Source: Octopus sinensis (taxonomy: Eukaryota). Taken from it: a stretch of DNA of 64,000 bases. This document shows, piece by piece, positions 55,284-64,000 of this stretch; within the stretch, counting starts at the first letter, position 1; each line of letters opens with the position of its first letter. The notes beneath the pieces were generated by a model that was not told where the DNA came from, made no database searches, and worked only from the letters and a program-made list of their open reading frames with translations. A program made the position numbers and the translations under genes. The DNA lies in contig NC_043015.1 of the NCBI RefSeq assembly GCF_006345805.1, positions 7,502,001-7,566,000 on the forward strand, written 5' to 3'.

Positions 55284-55661
55284 GGTGGCACTCCGTCGGT
55301 TACGACGTCGAGAGTTCCAGTTGATCCGATCAACGGAACAGACTGCTCGGGAAATTAACGTGCAAGTGGTTGAGCACTCCACAGACACGTGTACCCATTA
55401 CGTAGTTCTCGGGGAGATTCAGCGTGACATAGTGGGACAAGGTTCGCCCTTTAAAATACAGGTACAACAGAAACAGGAAGTAAGAGTGAGAGAAAGTTTT
55501 GGTGAAAGAGTACAGCAGGGTTCGCCACCATCCCCTGCCGGAGCCTCGTGGAACTTTAATATTTTCGCTCAATAAACACTCACAACGCCCGGTCTGGGAA
55601 TCGAAACCGCGATCCTACGACAGTAGGTCCCCTGCCCTACCCACTGGGCCATTGCGCCTCC
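55284..55661 (-). mobile_element. Family 3 SINE, tail variant C, with 10-bp TSD
   Basis: ACTACATATT at 55274-55283 and 55664-55673; same head as 4776 and 21989. Confidence 0.9.
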
Positions 55662-56649
55662 ACACTACATATTATGTTATGAGCACAAACGTCACCGATA
55701 TCGGTGTGGCATTTTAACGTTTTAATGTATCGAATTTGTATTAATGATTTGTGCAAGCATAATATACTATAAGGTATATTAAACGTTTTTATAAGGCAAT
55801 ACCATGTTTTTTCTGCAATTCCAGTACACTTTATACGTTATTTAAGGTTATCTCTCTAGATATTCTATAAAATTAAAGCCAGCACTGAGCGTTGCCTGTT
55901 TTTCATTTTGGATCTCATTGTTTGAAACGTCGGCTCAAAAATCACTCCTGGCTATAATTTTTACAACATATCTACAGATAACTTTAATTAATAATGTTGT
56001 TAAAATAAATCCCTTTATTTTACAATCGACTATTCTCAAAATAAACAGGGCAGATCATTTGATAAGTAAATCTGATAATCGAGCAGACCAACAACGAATT
56101 TTATTTCTTGTTTAAAAATATTTACAATACTATAAGAAGAGATTCGAAGCCACATACATGATTACCACTAAAACTTTAATAACACTCTGGTTTTAGAAGA
56201 GCTCAGCTATTTTGTATGATTATTGTAAAAGTAATAGGGCAGATAATAAGTAAAACTTTAGCAACATTAGCACACTATAGAAATTCACATTTTCTATTTA
56301 AGAAACCTTATTTTTCTGTATCATGTTTATGCTGTTCGGAATTGCATATGAATCACCAAGCTTCTATTTATGTTTAATTACAAACCAAAGAGGAAATCTT
56401 TACACAAAGACTTAGCTTGCCAAAATTTCATCCCTTCATAGGGCTTCGAAAATGGATGTGTATATGAATACATCAGGAAAATTATCTGAATTTATAAAGG
56501 CGGATGAGTGTGCAACCCATGTTATTAGGTTACATTTCTGCTTGAAGGCAGCTGAAATATTGAAGAAAGACATACATTTTCAATAAAAAGTCTTTGACTA
56601 CAAATGACTTCAACTATAGTGATACTTTGCAGTACGATTTTAATTTACC

Positions 56650-57762
56650 TGATCGCCCGAAGACAAGGTCGACCCACTCGGTGAAGAATTGCCTGGTAAC
56701 CAAGACTTGAACGTTTGCACTCCACATGACCTGCAGCTTCTTCTGTAGGATTGTGTGCGACTCGAACACTCGTAGATTTTCGGAATGGTAAACAAGGGGC
56801 GGCTAAATGTTCAAGTCTCCACGCGCATTGGTACTGAGGGCGAGAGTTAGCCTATCTTTCTTAGGCTTGTGGCCTGGCATTTTTTATCTTCTGCAGTTAT
56901 GAAGGTTGCTCTGGGCAGTTCTTTTTCCAGAAGAGGCCACTTTCATCACAGTTGTACGATGTACTCGTTCTGGTGCGATGAGCTGACGGGATTCACACTC
57001 GAAATCCTCAGCTACCTTCGTGTCAGAACTCGCTGCTTCTCCATAACGGATACCAGTCCATTTTGAAATTATTGAACCAGCTGCGACTGGCTTTAAATGC
57101 GTCTACTGATGCTTCTTTTGTCGATGTTCTAGGGTTCTGTTTCAGGAGATTTCATACGGTGCTTGTGCTTTCTCGCAGATGATGGTCTCCGTCATCGTAT
57201 CCCCTGCGAGTTGGTTCTTGTCGATCTACAGGAGAAGCAATTTTTCCAACTCTTCGTGAATAGGTGTGCGTAGCTTAGAGAGCCAGAAGACAATCGTTGG
57301 CTGTTGTAACGGCCTTGATCTCATCCGTTTTCTTCAGGATGGTGCAGATCGTCGATGCTTCGGTCGTATTGACGTGCTATGTGTACTACAGACACTCCTC
57401 TTTCATGTTTATCAATGATTTTCTTCTGGAATTCTATCGTAATCTGTTTTTCTTCTCGGTACTGTCCTTTACACTAACCTTCCTAGGACATATGATTAAC
57501 ACAACTAATTATTATAAAATAATAGCAAAGGTGCACAAAACAAAACACTAGGGAAAACGCAATAGGGATGCGAACTGAGCGAGTGAAGGCTGCACTTGTT
57601 GGGAGAGCGTGTGCGAACTCAGTGCCAACTACCGGTCGCATGTACGAAACACGCTCGTACTCTGGATTTCCGCTCGCACTTCAAGACAAAAATTCCTACA
57701 AATATTGGCTCGTTCAACAAATTGTTCGTACTATGATGGACTGGTACTGCGAAGTTCTACTG
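56650..57762 (-). pseudogene. Decayed Tigger/pogo (TIGD1-like) transposon, 3'-truncated
   Basis: TA-CAGTAGAACTTCG 5' TIR. Fragments KKIIDKHERGV (psq HTH), EELEKLLL..IDKNQLAGD...IICEKA, FKASRSWF (CENP-B HTH), YNCDESGLFWKK and DRLTLALSTNARGD (DDE). Confidence 0.9.
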
Positions 57763-58345
57763 TACTTTCTATGAATCCGAGAAAAGCGTGGTACAGCTGT
57801 TATGTTTTAAAATAGACAGTGTATGTATATACATGTGTGTGTACGTATGTATATGCGTATGTGTTTATATGTATATTTAAATATATATATTTTATATGTG
57901 TGTGTCTGAGTGTTGATGTGTGTGCATAAGTAATTATTACAGGGACACATATTTCCAAGAACGTTATAAGCTATATGATTGTGTTTTATACGTTCTTTCA
58001 ACCGAACAAAAGGCCATTCATGTTACTTGTGCTCTATATGTATATATCATGAAAGAAAACAATGACATACGATACAGTAGTCAAATGATGTAGTTGTTTT
58101 ACAGATAAATTGTTTCTCTTGTTTTCCAACGCCATCACAATGTGACAGATGCAGAGTTTCTTCTCAAACCAAACACAGTTATTAGAATAAATTGGTTTTC
58201 CATCTTGTAAATTATAAACATTCGCTTCTGATATTAATATTTATGCAGATGTTTCTTGTATTGCTGCTCCTGCTGCTGCTATTTTTGCTGGTTTATGATA
58301 ATGATCACCCCGATTTCTTAATTTCTCCTCATCTGTATAAAAAAG

Positions 58346-59021
58346 TAACAGTTATCGCCAAGCTAATATGGCAGTCCATATATATATGACTAAATCTGCC
58401 GTTGATTAGCTCCAAGAGGCTATCGCCTCTAGCTAGCTATATGACACACGAACCTGTGTCCATTATAACCTTCGATCTGGGTCATAATGGACACATTTTC
58501 GTGTGTCATATAGCTAGAAGCGATGGCCTCTTGGAGCTAATTAACGGCAACTTTAGTCTTATATTTATGGACTGCCATATTAGCTTGGCGATAACTGATA
58601 ATTTCCAGTGCCGCTGCCGTAGTCTCCTTTAGAGAGACTTAGAAATTTTAATATTTCTATTTTTGAAAATCAGTTGAAGTATTCCACTGAAATTCGGTAA
58701 GTTAACCTTCGAACAGACGGTCGGCAGCGACGCTTCCTGGGTCTGGCTACTCTGCATTGATAAAGGGCAAATATCCTGAAACATGTCTGCAAATGCTTTA
58801 CCAGCAAGGGGAAGCGGCTGGCCTCCCCTGTTCGAAGGTTATAATGGACACAGGTTCGTATGTCATATAGTTAGCTAGAAGCGATGGCCTCTTGGAGCTA
58901 ATCAACGGCAGCTTTAGTCTTATATTTATGGACTGCCTTAATAGCTTGGCGATAACTGTTAATTTCCAGTACCGCTGCCGTAGTCTCCGTTAGAGAGACG
59001 TAGAAATTTTAATATTTCTAT
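58346..59021. mobile_element. Fold-back / MITE-like structure with one inverted and two direct ~120-bp arms
   Basis: 58346-58474 is the reverse complement of 58833-58961 and of 58484-58600; 58484-58660 is directly repeated at 58841-59021. Confidence 0.85.
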
Positions 59022-59484
59022 ATAGAAAAGGATCTATCATCGTACTTCTAACAACAGCCAAATCCTCCAACAACATCTACTTTTCTGCCTCAGAAATATC
59101 GTACACCATGTAAAGTCGACCTAAATATATTTAATCTTTACAATGGTCAGGTATGAATCGGCTTTGATTATAATTATGCAAGATCAGGGCTGAGCTGGTT
59201 TAAAACATCTATTTTTTCAGTTCCAAAGATAATCATGCTGAATTTTCTCTTGTCATTTTCTTTTCACGTTATCCATTATTCCATCTCTATTTGTATTTTT
59301 CAGCCATTGTAATCTTTTCTTTTTTATTCCTTTCGTTTTCTGTTTTCTCATGTATCAATTACACAAGGGAACATATTTGTACTGTGTTATTTCATTCCAT
59401 AACGATGAATAAATTTATACTGTCTTGAATTCATTCAGCTGTATTTGTATTTGTGATTCAATATTGTACTGAGAGTTTTCTAAG

Positions 59485-59536
<52 letters not shown>

Positions 59537-59820
59537 CATGTCTGTTGCATGTGCATTCCGTCTTAGTACACAAAACGATATGTTAATATATTCTGTGTGT
59601 ATTTTGCAAGGCCTCGTGTGTGTGTATATTATATATATATATATATATATGTTTGTCCGTGTGTGTTTGTGTAGAAATATATACATATATACATGCATAC
59701 ATACACACATACACATCAATACATATATAAATATACTTATACACACACACATCCATACATATATAAATATACTTACACACACACACATCCATACATATAT
59801 AAATATACTTACACACACAT

Positions 59821-59867
<47 letters not shown>

Positions 59868-61211
59868 TACATGCATACATTTGTTTTATTTTTTGTAATG
59901 CACTTATTGTTGCGGTAAAAAGTACATGTTTTGCAGCCCTGGGAATTCGGCTTCTCTTTACAAATATGGTATATTTGGGTAATATTTTAATGGTCTTTTC
60001 CTGTGCAGGGCAAATTTTTTAAATCAACGACGTTTGTTTGGCAGCAATGAAACCGATATACGTTGCACAGTAGCCATGCTTCATTCCGAGTAATGGGGGA
60101 ATCATGTTTGTAGTAAGAAGTGGAGACAAGAATCTTTGATCTTGAGCAGTGCCTGACATTTATTTATTATCAAAATAATTTTGTAGCAATAATTAGTTAT
60201 TGCTAAAGATAAAATATAAATTAAAGTATGAACTCAAGTAAAAAAAAATATAATTTTCCTTCATTGTACAAATGATTTTTTTGTTATTGCCCGTTATATA
60301 TGGAATACAGACCAGATTTAAATCTGGATAAAACTGGATAAGTATTATGTATTGTCGCTTCGTTATCCTTATATCAATTTGGAGAAAACACTTATTTCAA
60401 GAATACGATACATAATGCTAAACTTTAAGTAGATTGCAACTTTCAATCCTATACTTTGCATTGAAAAATAGACAATTACGTCTACTTCTCCGCCCACTAA
60501 CGAAAGAGAACAAGTGAAATATTCTGATATTTAAAGTTAGTGGGAGAGGGGGAAGATCCTCGACAGTATATACGATATTTACATAGCGTCTCAATTTATA
60601 TTTAGATATATTGTCGTCTGTTGCAATTGATACATCGATTTTGTGACATTTCTATTTCTGATGGATTTTGACAATAGTATGAACGTTTATCTATAATCTC
60701 CTAGTCTGAAAATACGCAGTCGCTGAGTATGGTCAGGTTGTCTTTCTCGATTTGTTGTGTGTTGGATATTTGTGCCACCGTATTCTCTTCATTTCTTACA
60801 ATGCTAGAATAAATAGTTGTCAGCTTATATAAAATCACTGGCTCAATCATTTCTTTTAAACTTATTCGTGATATTTCAGTAGTCTTATGTTTATTAGGTA
60901 TTTTGTTTTCTTAGTAAAATTGAAACCATTTAAAAAAAATTATTATCTCATGATATGTCTTTACGGATTAATAGCATAAATGATAATGGTTTCAAATTTT
61001 GACACAAGGACAGTAACTTCAAGTGCTCAACGTGTAGTCATTCTATCAAGTTCGAAAGAAGGAAAGGCAAATTATCTTCAGCGAGATATGAAATCAGAAC
61101 GTTATGTATTTTGTCCGACGCACTAAACCATCTGACAGTTATAACGAGCTAAGTGTAGCACAGAGAGCAACGTCGCTTTCCATGAATTTTTTATTATTCT
61201 ACTCTAAAAAT

Positions 61212-61725
61212 GGCGGTGAGCTGGCAGAAACGTTAGCACGCCGGGCGAAATGCTTAGTGGTATTTCGTCTGCCGCTACGTTCTGAGTTTAAATTCTGCCG
61301 AGGTCGACTTTGTCTTTCATCCATTCGGGGACGATAAATTAAGTACCAGTTACGCACTGGGGTAAATATAATCGCTTTAACGTAATAGCGTGGTGGTGAT
61401 GACAAATATATTTCGATATATAAAGAAGGGACACACAAGGAGAAAGGGACTAAGTCGATTATATCGACCCCAGTGCGTAAATGGTACTTATTTAATCGAC
61501 CCCGTTTGTCTGTTTCTTGTTTGTCCCTTGTTTAGCCCTTGTGTGTAATAAAGAAATAGGTAATTCGTCTATCTTTACGTTCGGAGTTCAAATTCCGTCG
61601 AGGTCGACTTTGCCTTTCATCCTTTCGGTTTTGAAAAATTAAGTAGTAGTTACGTACTGGAATCACTCTAACTGACTGGCCATCTCCCCCAAAATTGCGG
61701 GCCTTGTGCCTAGAGTAGGAAACAA
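61212..61725. mobile_element. Cluster of family 2 SINEs: + copy, inverted fragment, tail, second + copy
   Basis: GGCGGTGAGCTGGCAGAAACG at 61212, inverted core at about 61450-61502, tail at 61503-61560 and a head-less copy at 61560-61725. Confidence 0.85.
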
Positions 61726-61870
61726 AAAATGCTGAATAAACTTCGTAGCCTAAATATCGCGTAATTTATTTTTCTTTTCCGAGTATCGGTGTCTATCAAT
61801 CGAAACCCATTCGCTGTTGATTATGGCAAAACAACAATTCTTTCTTGTGACTATTCTCGTTTGCTTGAGT

Positions 61871-62079
61871 TTACTCTTTTACTCGTTTCAGTCATTTGAC
61901 TGCGGCCATGCTGGAGCACTGCCTTTAATCGAGCAACTCAACCCCGGGACTTATTCATTGTAAGCCCAGTACTTATTCTATCGGTCTCTTTTGCCGAACC
62001 GCTAAGTGACATAATCACACCAGCATCGGTTGTCACACAATGCTAAGGGGACAAACACAAACATACACACACACACACA

Positions 62080-62122
<43 letters not shown>

Positions 62123-62287
62123 CATATATACTACGGGCTTCTTTCATTTTCCATCTACCAAATCCACTCACAAGGCTTTGGTCGGCCCGAGGCTATAGTA
62201 GAATACACTTGCCCAAGATGCCACGCAGTGGGACTGAAAATGGAACCATGTGGTTGGTAAACAAGCTACTTACCACGCAGCTACTCC
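61871..62287 (-). mobile_element. Full-length family 1 SINE
   Basis: Reverse complement of 24587-24990. Confidence 0.9.
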
Positions 62288-62978
62288 TGCGCCTATTAGT
62301 TTCTTGGAGTTTCTTGCACTTTATTCATTTATTTATTTTCTTAGCCATTTATATTTTAGCCACTTATTTATTTAGTTGCTGCTAGTCTCTTATTATTTGT
62401 GTCAGCGTTTTTCACAATATATTAGATCTTTGATGATCTGTGATACTGAATGTGTCTCTTACTTCTCAAGGCAATCCCATATAAAGAAGACATAATTAAC
62501 AACTAATAAATACCTTGAGAATGAAATTGAAAAAAAAATGTAAAATTAAAAAGTTTAAAAACCTGTCTAAAAGTCAGACATTTTGTCTCCCCCGCGGTAA
62601 TGGCAGAGACAACCAAAACATAAGAGCATTTTTTAAATTTAATTTAATTATTTTGTTTTTCCAAATATTTCGAAGAGAAAAAGTTTTCTACACATGAATC
62701 GTGGAATTCGAAAACACTGTGAAGGAAGCGAAACATGTAAGATAACCGAAGCAAACAGTAGTCAGGCTAATATTATTAGGAACGGAAAAAATAATAACCA
62801 TTGCTACAAACTGATAAGAAACTAACCCTTCATTTTAGGATAAACAGAATTTGGAAACAAAAAAAAAAAAAAACAAAAAAAAAAACTAGGTAACAAGCCT
62901 AATGCCGTATTGTATATTGCCCTATACTTCCTCTCTCGGACAACAGTAACAACAACCACACCGATAATAAGAGTAAAT

Positions 62979-63009
<31 letters not shown>

Positions 63010-63499
63010 TAATAATAATAATAATAATAAACAATTAGTGAAACAAAGATACGCGTTATATTACTACGGTAGGCCTGCTCAATAATTCTAATTATATAAC
63101 ATGATATCAATAGATAGATATCTGGCGCCAGATATAATTTATGTCTATACCCCATTGGTTGAATCCAACTCCTCTGTACTTATGCATGTCCTGTGTATAT
63201 GTGTACATATGTGTGTATATGTGCAAGTATTGTTTATAGAAATATCTGTATTCTTCTATTCTCTCATATCGTCTTATCAATGGAACCGTCCAAAAAGAAA
63301 AACAAAAAAAGAAATGAGAAAGAAAAAGTAAAAAAAAAAAAGAATTGTATTGTTCTTGGCTTAAGAAACCTCTACAGAGAGGTCATTGATTGCTTCTCTT
63401 GCGATCGTTAAATTAACCAAGGATCTGCATTCTTGCCAAATATCACTTCTATGCACTCTCTAAAGGATAACCAGTAATAAATTATTAGCCTACTTCTAC

Positions 63500-63910
63500 A
63501 TCATCGACATTATCATCACCATAATCAGCATGACCATCATCCTCATCATCATCACGACTACCTGCACGATGACTATCACCACTACATCCACCACCGTTAT
63601 CATCATTATCCTCGCTGTCAACACTACAACTTACTTTTGCCATTCCACGGCCACCATCGTATCCACCATTATCATCTTCGATATCACCGCCACACCCATT
63701 CCATTTTGCAAATATCGACATATCTATCTTCGTTTCTTTCTTTTTGTTCTTCGTCTTGCTCTTCAACATCACCATCCTCCTTTTCCCCAATCTCCTTTCC
63801 CATCATTCCCATCATCGTATCCATCATCATCGACGTCTTTGTCTCCTTCACCGCCGTCATGGTCGTCCAAATTATCATCATAGCGTCATAATTCCTTTAT
63901 TTCTTTCATC
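63500..63910. repeat. Degenerate (CAT)n/(CAC)n low-complexity tract
   Basis: Directly visible; produces overlapping Asp-, His- and Ile-rich ORFs. Confidence 0.85.
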
Positions 63911-64000
63911 ATTAAACTGCGGATATTCTGGGACATCGCCTTAAATTTTTCAACGAACGAATGGACCCCAGTACATGTTCTGAAAACCTGATACTCATTC

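Noticed and set aside
62821-62895. ACTAAC branch point, acceptor and 51-nt exon ending AG|GTAACA
   Set aside because: The body is mostly poly-A and one frame has a stop; not exon-like.
63485-63944. Asp-rich, His-rich and Thr/Ile-rich overlapping ORFs
   Set aside because: Degenerate (CAT)n tract open in several frames on both strands.

Overview
AT-rich (roughly 30% GC by eye) eukaryotic DNA packed with (TA)n/(CA)n microsatellites and tRNA-derived SINEs that I recognise as typical of Octopus (coleoid cephalopod); the species assignment is inference. I cannot identify any protein-coding gene with confidence. Almost all long ORFs in the track are microsatellite read-throughs, and the only recognisable peptides are decayed transposon proteins: two mariners, a Tigger/pogo, a Penelope GIY-YIG and a CR1/L2-type LINE C-terminus. 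The window is probably intergenic or lies inside very long introns. The most interesting structures are: (1) a textbook recursive-splice-site plus RS-exon layout on the minus strand at 3.3-3.4 kb; (2) a mariner split by a 1.36 kb composite bounded by Helentron-like ends that carries a LINE fragment (45.0-46.4 kb); (3) SINEs that swap heads and tails at a shared junction; (4) a fold-back/duplicated element at 58.3-59.0 kb; (5) several local duplications anchored in microsatellites, one of which preserves the empty site of a SINE insertion. All splice-related calls are sequence-only hypotheses.
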